IMG/VR virus record: IMGVR_UViG_3300017731_000022
Origin: a virus
Reading direction: 5' to 3' (one strand)
Length of the DNA: 30,276 nucleotides
Shown piece by piece: positions 17,179 through 23,327 of this stretch (position 1 is the first letter of the stretch; every line of letters begins with the position of its first letter). The translations under genes and the position numbers were made by a program. The notes under the pieces were generated by a model that had not been told where the DNA came from, made no database searches, and was given only the letters and a program-made list of their open reading frames with translations.

Positions 17179-17435
17179 TTTTTATTATAATTATTTAATG
17201 CTGCTAAATAAGCAACGGCGTCTAATAAATTGTCTTCTTTGTGATTATAAGATTGTCTAGATAACTTTAAAGCTACAAGACACATATACATATCTTGTGG
17301 TGTAATAGTTTTACCAGTAGCTCCTGATGCTATCATAGCTGCTCTTTCCATTCCTTCTGAAAATGGACCGTACATACGTTCTTTTTCTTGTGAACGTTTA
17401 TTTATAATCTTATTTGCTTCTTCTAATATATTCAT
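17175..17435 (-). CDS. Small helical protein (DUF6378-like, tentative), translationally coupled to the GT gene
   Basis: The 86-aa ORF overlaps the GT start by ATGA. The pattern ERMYGPF...MYMCLVALKLSRQSYNHKEDNLLDAVAYLAAL recalls a phage family often found near nucleotide-metabolism genes. Confidence 0.4.
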   Translation of the reverse strand: MNILEEANKIINKRSQEKERMYGPFSEGMERAAMIASGATGKTITPQDMYMCLVALKLSRQSYNHKEDNLLDAVAYLAALNNYNKK

Positions 17436-17560
17436 TCTTCTTCGTCTGTTTGCTGTTTATCTATAATAATCTTTAATGCTTCTAATTTTATATACATTTG
17501 TGATACTATGTTTTCTAGTCTAAGTATTCTTTGTAGTTGTGTATATTTCTTTTTATTCAT
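17432..17560 (-). CDS. Small ORF (42 aa), hypothetical; not in the ORF track
   Basis: Hand translation gives MNKKKYTQLQRILRLENIVSQMYIKLEALKIIIDKQQTDEEE. It overlaps the next gene by ATGA and fills a 117-nt gap. Confidence 0.4.
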   Translation of the reverse strand: MNKKKYTQLQRILRLENIVSQMYIKLEALKIIIDKQQTDEEE

Positions 17561-17753
17561 AACTTTCTAATATTAAGCATTCAATGTCATGTAATTGTTC
17601 TTCAGAAAGTAAATCATAAATGTCAATACCGTTAACAGTTACACTTTCTATATAAGCACTATGTGGTGAACCTGGATAATCCCATGTTTGTGGTTCTGCT
17701 TCTTCGTAAGAGTATTCAACAAATAAAGCTACATCGCAATAATTAATAATCAT
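17553..17753 (-). CDS. Small acidic hypothetical protein
   Basis: The 66-aa ORF is coupled to the upstream gene by ATGA. Confidence 0.5.
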   Translation of the reverse strand: MIINYCDVALFVEYSYEEAEPQTWDYPGSPHSAYIESVTVNGIDIYDLLSEEQLHDIECLILESYE

Positions 17754-18025
17754 AATTCGTATTGTTTAAGTTTATGTTCTAATTCTTCTAATTGTTCTTG
17801 TAATTTACTTATAATTTCATTCTTTTGAGACCTTATTAAACTTACTTTTTTATTTAATATGTCATTCTCAACTTGTAATCTATTTGTAAATATACCAATC
17901 TCTGTAATACCTTTAACACAATTATTTATGTCTTTGTTATTTGGTTTTTGTTTTTGCCATTCTAATAATTTATCTATTAAAAAGGAATACCAAACTTGGT
18001 AAGATTGTTTTTGTAGTAAATTCAT
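17750..18025 (-). CDS. Hypothetical coiled-coil protein
   Basis: The 91-aa ORF has a heptad-like C-terminal half. It is coupled by ATGA on both sides. Confidence 0.5.
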   Translation of the reverse strand: MNLLQKQSYQVWYSFLIDKLLEWQKQKPNNKDINNCVKGITEIGIFTNRLQVENDILNKKVSLIRSQKNEIISKLQEQLEELEHKLKQYEL

Positions 18026-18210
18026 ACTGAAGTACCTATTAAAAAACCTACTACTGCAATACCTAAAAACATTAATACTAAAATTAATTGCATTATAGTA
18101 TCTCTTTGTCTCATCAATTTACGTTCTTGTTCTTCTAGTTCTTTTTGCGTATAAACTTCTATTCTGTTTTTTCGTGTTTGGATATGTAATCCTGTCTTTG
18201 TCTTTTTCAT
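18022..18210 (-). CDS. Small membrane-anchored protein
   Basis: The 62-aa ORF has a basic N-terminal half and a C-terminal hydrophobic helix, IMQLILVLMFLGIAVVGFLIG. Confidence 0.5.
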   Translation of the reverse strand: MKKTKTGLHIQTRKNRIEVYTQKELEEQERKLMRQRDTIMQLILVLMFLGIAVVGFLIGTSV

Positions 18211-18211
18211 T

Positions 18212-18367
18212 TTATTGTATATTAAATATTACGTCTCTTATGTATTGAGCTCTATTAAGTAATTTAGTTTCTGTTTCTTTTGGTAATGTTCTTACAAGCA
18301 TATTAGCACTTAGAGTTGTTTCTATGTCTCTAAGTTCTTTACGTAAGTCTGTTAGTTGTGTTCTCAT
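18212..18367 (-). CDS. Small ORF (51 aa), hypothetical; not in the ORF track
   Basis: Hand translation gives MRTQLTDLRKELRDIETTLSANMLVRTLPKETETKLLNRAQYIRDVIFNIQ. It begins 17 nt after motif 18385..18397 and ends 1 nt before the next ATG. Confidence 0.5.
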   Translation of the reverse strand: MRTQLTDLRKELRDIETTLSANMLVRTLPKETETKLLNRAQYIRDVIFNIQ

Positions 18368-18384
18368 TGTTATTGTTTTATACT

Positions 18385-18397
18385 GCTAATATACAAA
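18385..18397 (-). promoter_or_regulatory. Promoter-like motif TTTGTATATTAGC
   Basis: The minus strand reads TTTGTATATTAGC-AGTATAAAACAATAACA-ATG. The downstream flank is also similar to the copy at 15175. Confidence 0.5.
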
Positions 18398-18442
18398 ACA
18401 ACTTAACATTATAAACAATTTTTTAACTATTTTAACAAAACT

Positions 18443-18640
18443 TTAACATTTATCATATATCTTATCTATCTCTGCTATCCATTGTATTAAACGTTTTGGA
18501 TTACAAGAACACGGTTCACTATATTTATGTTTATAGTATTTAGCGTGTAAAGTACATAATAACTTATATTGCTCTTGACTAAGCTTATCTTTTACCTCAG
18601 CTTTGAACTTTTTCCAGTTATCTTTATCTATTTGTTCCAT
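18443..18640 (-). CDS. Hypothetical protein
   Basis: The 65-aa ORF has an ATG start and contains PCSCNPKR. Confidence 0.5.
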   Translation of the reverse strand: MEQIDKDNWKKFKAEVKDKLSQEQYKLLCTLHAKYYKHKYSEPCSCNPKRLIQWIAEIDKIYDKC

Positions 18641-18780
18641 AAATCTAAGTCTATATCATTCCACTCTTCACGACGTCTATCACATCCGCAATCTTTATTT
18701 AATAATTTACTAATTTTTTTAACTAACCAATGTATACCTGTATAATAAGTAAAATAGTAAAATAAATCTCCTAATTTCAT
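18628..18780 (-). CDS. Small ORF (50 aa), hypothetical; not in the ORF track
   Basis: Hand translation gives MKLGDLFYYFTYYTGIHWLVKKISKLLNKDCGCDRRREEWNDIDLDLWNK. It overlaps the sigma gene stop by ATGA and fills a 136-nt gap. Confidence 0.4.
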   Translation of the reverse strand: MKLGDLFYYFTYYTGIHWLVKKISKLLNKDCGCDRRREEWNDIDLDLWNK

Positions 18781-19268
18781 AATTGATCTTTTATAAATTT
18801 TTTAGTTGTTCTATAAGTATTATAAAGTGATATATAGCTTATACCAGTTTCTCTACTTAAACTAGCAACGCTTTTTCCACTTGCTATTAATTCAAAAACT
18901 TTTCTATCATACCAATAAAGGTCATTAAGTATTTGATCTACTTTGTTTTTATTTTTAGCGTATTCAACCTCATCTATACCCGGATCATCAATTTGTTTTA
19001 TTTCTTTTATTTGGTCTAAATATATCTTAATTTTTTTAGCTTCTTTTTTATGTATATTTAAATAAATACCTCTTAAAACTTTATAACAATAATAGTGATT
19101 AATATCACCTTTATAAGATATATCTAATCCTTTATGTATGTCTAAGTGTATTTGTATATACATTTCTTGTACAACATCTTCTGCTAAACTAGGATTACAA
19201 CCAAATGACTTTACTATGTTTATCCAATCTTTATGCTTTAAATAAGCTAACTCTACTAAAGATTTCAT
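18777..19268 (-). CDS. Sigma-70 family (ECF-like) RNA polymerase sigma factor
   Basis: AEDVVQEMYIQIH...YYCYKVLRGIYLNIHKKEAK resembles region 2. LYWYDRKVFELIASGKSVASLSRETGISYISLYNTYRTTKKFI resembles the region 4 HTH. Confidence 0.65.
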   Translation of the reverse strand: MKSLVELAYLKHKDWINIVKSFGCNPSLAEDVVQEMYIQIHLDIHKGLDISYKGDINHYYCYKVLRGIYLNIHKKEAKKIKIYLDQIKEIKQIDDPGIDEVEYAKNKNKVDQILNDLYWYDRKVFELIASGKSVASLSRETGISYISLYNTYRTTKKFIKDQL

Positions 19269-19272
19269 TTCA

Positions 19273-20136
19273 TTATGTTAATTTTTTATTTGATATTACA
19301 AAATACTTAAGTGGATCATATATCTCACCAACTACAAATGGTAGACCAAATTCATTAATACTAAAACTAAATGTTTCAAAAGCATAACCTCTTGAATTTT
19401 TACAACTAACAGTTATCCATTCTTTGTTTACTGTATTTGCTTCCAATTGAATTTGTGTCTCTGTTTTTTTCATTAAAAAGCTTCCTAAATGTCCTGTTGG
19501 TTTATCACTACCATAATTGCTATGTATAACAGTTACTATATGGCATTTATATTTAGCACTCCATTCCATTATCTTTTGTACACATAAATTAGATTCTTCT
19601 AAATTATTTACATCAGAAACTAAATCAGCAATACCATCAATAATAATTAATCCATTTTTATCTTTATTTTCTTCTAAACAATATTCTATAAATTGCATAC
19701 GCTGTTTATAATTTATAGTTCTTAAAGCATATGTATGATAACAACCTAAGTCATGCATATTGGCCATATCTTTTACTCTTTTAAATACTCTTTGACTGTG
19801 CCAATGACCTTGCTCTGTATCAAAATGAATTAAACATTTATTATCTCTATGTCCTAACATTTGTCCACCAAAATTATTACCACCACTTAAATAAACTGAA
19901 GCTAATAATGATATAAAAAAAGTCTTTTTAGTTTTTGGCGGTGCTTGTACAAATGAAAAGTTACCGTACGTACCTATTGGAATTGGGAATTTTTTTTCTC
20001 CACTTTTGGTTTGGATAGTAGTTTCACCAAGACTTAATGCTATAGGAGGATATTCCATAAATTCATTAGTGTCAATATAACACTCTTCCTTTATTAATTC
20101 CATTAACATGTTATCTGTGGTTTTTTTTTCTGTCAT
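19273..20136 (-). CDS. RecA-fold P-loop ATPase (DnaB/RepA-like, AAA_25 type); replicative helicase candidate
   Basis: Walker A-like QAPPKTKKT and Walker B-like GLIIIDGIADL are present, followed by HIVTVIHSN. I place the start at ATG 20136, because the track start at 20169 is a TTG that lies inside the promoter-like motif. Confidence 0.55.
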   Translation of the reverse strand: MTEKKTTDNMLMELIKEECYIDTNEFMEYPPIALSLGETTIQTKSGEKKFPIPIGTYGNFSFVQAPPKTKKTFFISLLASVYLSGGNNFGGQMLGHRDNKCLIHFDTEQGHWHSQRVFKRVKDMANMHDLGCYHTYALRTINYKQRMQFIEYCLEENKDKNGLIIIDGIADLVSDVNNLEESNLCVQKIMEWSAKYKCHIVTVIHSNYGSDKPTGHLGSFLMKKTETQIQLEANTVNKEWITVSCKNSRGYAFETFSFSINEFGLPFVVGEIYDPLKYFVISNKKLT

Positions 20137-20157
20137 AATATATTTTGTCTTGTTTTT

Positions 20158-20170
20158 GTTAATATACAAA
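20158..20170 (-). promoter_or_regulatory. Promoter-like motif TTTGTATATTAAC
   Basis: The motif lies 21 nt upstream of ATG 20136. Its T-rich 5' end merges with the U-tract of terminator 20168..20196. Confidence 0.5.
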
Positions 20171-20196
20171 AAAAAAGAGAAGTCATTAACCTCTCT
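20168..20196 (-). terminator. Rho-independent terminator after the SSB gene
   Basis: The minus-strand RNA reads AGAGAGG-UUAAUGA-CUUCUCU followed by U8. This is a 7-bp stem with one G-U pair. Confidence 0.65.
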
Positions 20197-20223
20197 AAAA
20201 AAAATATTTTGTTTTATTTTATT

Positions 20224-20529
20224 TTAAAAAGGTAAATCAGCAGTTTCAGTAGTATTTAATTCTACTGTTTGTTGTTGATTTTCTCTTTCGGCATTTACAA
20301 TACTTCCGTTATTCCAAACGACTTTACCGTTTCCAATGTAGGTTTTTTGTTTTTTAGCTTCTCTTTCTTCCTGTGTTTGACTAACATAGATACTTGTATT
20401 GTTTCCGTATCTTGTTTCGTCATTTACAGACATAGTTAAATTTACATACACGGCTCCATCTTTGCCTGCTATAAATTTTTCTTTAGGTAATTTGTCTACT
20501 CTTATTGAGTAAGTAATTATTGCACTCAT
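20224..20529 (-). CDS. ssb: Single-stranded DNA-binding protein (short OB-type with an acidic tail)
   Basis: The 101-aa ORF ends in TETADLPF, which resembles the SSB protein-interaction tip (D-I/L-P-F). It lies in the replication/recombination block. Confidence 0.55.
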   Translation of the reverse strand: MSAIITYSIRVDKLPKEKFIAGKDGAVYVNLTMSVNDETRYGNNTSIYVSQTQEEREAKKQKTYIGNGKVVWNNGSIVNAERENQQQTVELNTTETADLPF

Positions 20530-20535
20530 ATTTAT

Positions 20536-20919
20536 TTATTTTTTAAATGATTCTGATTCGTCTTCTCCAAATACTCCAAGTTCATAAAAACCTGTAAGCT
20601 TTAAAACAGCTCTACTCATTGAGCGTTTCTCAGCCATTTCAGCAACATACCAACTATTAGTATTTCCGTCTTTGAAACTTGTACCTTTATATGCACTACC
20701 AAAAGTTTCTATACGTTTACCATCTTTTTCTGCATTTGCTTTAAATACTGCGAAATTTGGCTCACATTTAATAACTTCATAGTGTACATTAATTTGTTCC
20801 ATTGCTTGTATTTTATCTATACCTTGCCTTGTAATAATAGTATAATGTTGATGTTTGAAAAAATCTTCTTTTGTTAAATTATATTTCTCATATAATTCTT
20901 TTAATTTGTCTCTATTCAT
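20536..20919 (-). CDS. Hypothetical protein of the recombination module (possible annealing/accessory protein)
   Basis: The 127-aa ORF has a C-terminal segment AEMAEKRSMSRAVLKLTGF that loosely recalls Rad52/Sak-type motifs. The assignment is not secure. Confidence 0.3.
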   Translation of the reverse strand: MNRDKLKELYEKYNLTKEDFFKHQHYTIITRQGIDKIQAMEQINVHYEVIKCEPNFAVFKANAEKDGKRIETFGSAYKGTSFKDGNTNSWYVAEMAEKRSMSRAVLKLTGFYELGVFGEDESESFKK

Positions 20920-21056
20920 TATTGTTTGTTTAAATATTCTACTTCTAAAATTGATTCTAAATATCTTACTCTATTTTCTAATGCTTGTATTCTTGCATTT
21001 AAGAAATCTATTGTTTCGTTTGAGGCTACTCTTTTTACGTCTTCGTAATGTGTCAT
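20919..21056 (-). CDS. Small ORF (45 aa), hypothetical coiled coil; not in the ORF track
   Basis: Hand translation gives MTHYEDVKRVASNETIDFLNARIQALENRVRYLESILEVEYLNKQ. It starts 1 nt after the upstream stop and overlaps the next gene by TAATG. Confidence 0.45.
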   Translation of the reverse strand: MTHYEDVKRVASNETIDFLNARIQALENRVRYLESILEVEYLNKQ

Positions 21057-21057
21057 G

Positions 21058-21273
21058 TTATAAATTTTCAAAATAAATAAAAGGATTCATATTACCAAAT
21101 AAATATCCTAAATTTATTATGCTAGAATACTTTAAATCTCCAACGAAACATTCTTTTTCTAGTGATTCTACTACACAACTAACTAAATCTGGTTGTGATG
21201 TGTTTTTAATTTGAATAAGTTCTTTGTAATGTGGTTTAAGTCTGTCATATAGACTAATCATTTTGTAATTCAT
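21058..21273 (-). CDS. Hypothetical protein
   Basis: The 71-aa ORF is the first gene after motif 21299..21311. Confidence 0.5.
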   Translation of the reverse strand: MNYKMISLYDRLKPHYKELIQIKNTSQPDLVSCVVESLEKECFVGDLKYSSIINLGYLFGNMNPFIYFENL

Positions 21274-21298
21274 ATTTCTAAGTTTTATGTTATTTACT

Positions 21299-21311
21299 AC
21301 AAATATACAAA
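21299..21311 (-). promoter_or_regulatory. Promoter-like motif TTTGTATATTTGT
   Basis: The motif lies 25 nt upstream of ATG 21273 and immediately downstream of terminator 21340..21366. Confidence 0.5.
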
Positions 21312-21339
21312 AAAAAATTATATAAACAGTTTTTTAACT

Positions 21340-21366
21340 AAAAAAAAACCACCCTTTTTAGAGTGG
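21340..21366 (-). terminator. Rho-independent terminator after the NinG gene
   Basis: The minus-strand RNA reads CCACUCU-AAAA-AGGGUGG followed by U9, with one G-U pair in the stem. Confidence 0.7.
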
Positions 21367-21427
21367 CTTAATTTGATTGGTTACAATCTAAACATAAAAC
21401 AAAGACAATTTTGTAATACAAATATAT

Positions 21428-21850
21428 TTATTTATTAAGGTTATCAGTTAATTCTTTATATTTACTTATTAACATTTCTAAATCAATATTATCAAACTTA
21501 ATAACTTGTTTTGATTTTATAAATAATTCTTCCGCTAGTCCTTTATGGTATTTTTCATCTAAATGCTTAGCAAATAAATATTGTTCACCATATCTAAACA
21601 CGTTACAACCTGCACATTGTACTTGGCAATTTAATTCTGTTATTTTATCATTGTCATCTAATGTACCAAATCTAGTAGCATAATTTTTACGACTTTGAAA
21701 ATGCCCGCATTGTAGTTTTTTCCAATGGTCTTTTTTACCACAAGTAAAACATTCAGCTATATCATTTTTTGCATAACGTCTTCTAATGTATATACTAAAA
21801 ACATTATCTAATTTATCTATTAGCTTTTTTCTTTTGGATTTTTTTGCCAC
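21428..21850 (-). CDS. ninG: NinG/Rap-like recombination endonuclease
   Basis: LDNVFSIYIRRRY...CFTCGKK...LQCGHFQSR...RF...N...QCAGCNVFRYGEQ follows the lambda NinG family pattern. The only canonical start is GTG at 21850..21848. Confidence 0.65.
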   Translation of the reverse strand: MAKKSKRKKLIDKLDNVFSIYIRRRYAKNDIAECFTCGKKDHWKKLQCGHFQSRKNYATRFGTLDDNDKITELNCQVQCAGCNVFRYGEQYLFAKHLDEKYHKGLAEELFIKSKQVIKFDNIDLEMLISKYKELTDNLNK

Positions 21851-21856
21851 GCGTGT

Positions 21857-21891
21857 GTATATTATAATATTATATATATATTATTATATAC
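21857..21891. repeat. A/T-only imperfect palindrome in the intergenic gap
   Basis: GTATATTATAATAT...ATATTATTATATAC has 14-bp arms with one mismatch around a 7-bp centre. It is flanked by the palindromic hexamer ACGCGT at 21849..21854. Confidence 0.8.
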
Positions 21892-21904
21892 GTAATATAT
21901 ATAA

Positions 21905-21924
21905 TAATTAAATATAATTAAATA
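21905..21924. repeat. Tandem 10-bp repeat TAATTAAATA x2
   Basis: Bases 21905..21914 equal 21915..21924 exactly. The repeat lies in the same 77-bp intergenic region. Confidence 0.8.
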
Positions 21925-21927
21925 TAT

Positions 21928-22407
21928 TTATTTTTTAAAATTTTTAGTAATTTTCTCAGCACTTCTTGCACCAAAATATCCACCGTAAACTAAAAGTAAT
22001 AACGAAGATAGTAAATCTATCCACTCAGATGATATTCTAAACACTTCTAAGGAACTATCTAGTATTATATATATAAATAATGTAAGAGTTAAAAAAGCTA
22101 AGCTTAAAGGTCTTATATTTTTACTTAACCAACTATCTGAATTCATGTCTGCAACCCAACGTTTTGTTGTTTCTTGCATTTCAATCATATCATACCTTAA
22201 TTCTTCTAACAATAATTGCTTATCTGTTTCTGATAATCCAGTGTCTCCTTCTATTTTAGATGCTAATTCCTTTAATGAATCTATGCCAGTTATATTTCCT
22301 GCAACTGTTAATAGTTCTGGTGCTATTTCTTTACCTTGTTTTACAAGCCATCTTAAAGCGTCACCTACTCTTGTAGTTCCATTTTTCTTTTTATACTTAC
22401 CTGCCAT
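21928..22407 (-). CDS. Lysis-associated membrane protein (holin or spanin-like candidate)
   Basis: The 159-aa ORF has a soluble N-terminal ~95 aa. Two hydrophobic helices follow, IRPLSLAFLTLTLFIYIIL and LLSSLLLLVYGGYFGA. It overlaps the endolysin stop by 11 nt. Confidence 0.5.
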   Translation of the reverse strand: MAGKYKKKNGTTRVGDALRWLVKQGKEIAPELLTVAGNITGIDSLKELASKIEGDTGLSETDKQLLLEELRYDMIEMQETTKRWVADMNSDSWLSKNIRPLSLAFLTLTLFIYIILDSSLEVFRISSEWIDLLSSLLLLVYGGYFGARSAEKITKNFKK

Positions 22408-22771
22408 CCCAACGAGCTTTTACTTTACGAATATCATAATGTACAAAGGTATCATACAATCCAAGTCCACCTTGTAACATATGTCCTAAATCTATTAAGT
22501 CTTCTATTATTTTATATACTTCAGCTGGTTTTAAACTTTGTATAGTTATATCTGCTGCTTTACCTAATAAATGTTGTGATGTTTTTGAGCCACCTACTTT
22601 AGCATTATGGTCTGGACATCTATATCCGCTATTTATTTTTATAGGTCTACCTGTATAAGTTCTTAAAAATTGAAGTTGATTAGCAAGTTTAATAATGTTT
22701 TCATAAACATCAAATGGCATTTCACAACCACCTTTGCATTCAAACTCTTCTATTTTAAAGTTTTTTGTCAT
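22397..22771 (-). CDS. Endolysin, peptidase M15 family (zinc D-Ala-D-Ala carboxypeptidase / L-Ala-D-Glu peptidase type)
   Basis: FKIEEFECKG...INSGYRCPDHNAKVGGSKTSQHLLGKAADI...HYD carries the H..D...H zinc triad pattern. I place the start at ATG 22771 (MTKNF), because the track start at 22816 is a TTG. Confidence 0.8.
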   Translation of the reverse strand: MTKNFKIEEFECKGGCEMPFDVYENIIKLANQLQFLRTYTGRPIKINSGYRCPDHNAKVGGSKTSQHLLGKAADITIQSLKPAEVYKIIEDLIDLGHMLQGGLGLYDTFVHYDIRKVKARWDGR

Positions 22772-22922
22772 TCTTTTTTTTATGTGTATCGTATATCTTT
22801 TGCAATGTATATGCAATAGACACTAAAAGAAGTATAATTTTCAAACTATTCTCAACAGCAGTAAAACTAACACCTAAAGTAACAACGTTTAAACAAGCTA
22901 ATTTTATATCCTCTAAATTCAT
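22755..22922 (-). CDS. Holin candidate (55 aa); not in the ORF track
   Basis: Hand translation gives MNLEDIKLACLNVVTLGVSFTAVENSLKIILLLVSIAYTLQKIYDTHKKKNDKKL. It has two hydrophobic segments and a highly basic C-terminus. It lies immediately upstream of the endolysin, overlaps it by 17 nt, and is coupled by ATGA to the ORF before it. Confidence 0.55.
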   Translation of the reverse strand: MNLEDIKLACLNVVTLGVSFTAVENSLKIILLLVSIAYTLQKIYDTHKKKNDKKL

Positions 22923-23017
22923 ATCATTAAAGCCTTTAAAAAGTTATTCCATTTTGCAATTAACCAAAATTTAAACTGCTCTAACTTGTCTGCTAAGTAC
23001 CTTAGTCCTTTAATCAT
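22919..23017 (-). CDS. Small ORF (32 aa), amphipathic; not in the ORF track
   Basis: Hand translation gives MIKGLRYLADKLEQFKFWLIAKWNNFLKALMI. It starts 4 nt after the upstream stop and overlaps the holin candidate by ATGA. Confidence 0.35.
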   Translation of the reverse strand: MIKGLRYLADKLEQFKFWLIAKWNNFLKALMI

Positions 23018-23021
23018 TTTA

Positions 23022-23327
23022 TTACATTTTATTTGTTTGATAATCCACCCCATAAAAGCTATGTACTCCATTACCATCTGCTACTCCAACTGCATAGGAT
23101 TTCCAACCATAAGGGTGTTCTTCTATTCCTTTCCACATAACATCTATGTGGTATTTTTCACTAAATACATTTGGTTTTATTTCATTACCCTCTGCATCTA
23201 TTTCGCTTTGTTCTAAAACTATATGACCAAGTTTTACTATAGCGTGTGGATGATTTTCTTCTAAAGCATCTATTTTAGTATTTGCTTGTGCCTCATCTAC
23301 AAACTCGTATTTACCTATCTTTATCAT
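23022..23327 (-). CDS. Hypothetical protein
   Basis: The 101-aa ORF overlaps the stop of the 423-aa gene by ATGA. Confidence 0.5.
   Translation of the reverse strand: MIKIGKYEFVDEAQANTKIDALEENHPHAIVKLGHIVLEQSEIDAEGNEIKPNVFSEKYHIDVMWKGIEEHPYGWKSYAVGVADGNGVHSFYGVDYQTNKM

Noticed and set aside
20137-20169. The N-terminal extension of the helicase-like ORF (track start MYINKNKTKYI at 20169).
   Set aside because: The first codon is TTG, and it lies inside the promoter-like motif TTTGTATATTAAC. An ATG (MTEKK) follows 33 nt downstream at a normal distance from the motif.
20536-20919. A firm call of the 127-aa ORF as a Rad52/Sak or Erf single-strand annealing protein.
   Set aside because: Only a short C-terminal stretch (AEKRSMSRAVLKLTGF) loosely resembles those families, and the N-terminal signature residues are not evident. 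It is kept as hypothetical with a tentative note.
22772-22816. The N-terminal extension of the endolysin (track start MHIHCKRY at 22816).
   Set aside because: The start is a TTG. The extension is basic and unlike M15 peptidase N-termini, and it overlaps the better-supported 55-aa holin candidate. ATG 22771 (MTKNFKIEEF) fits the domain boundary.
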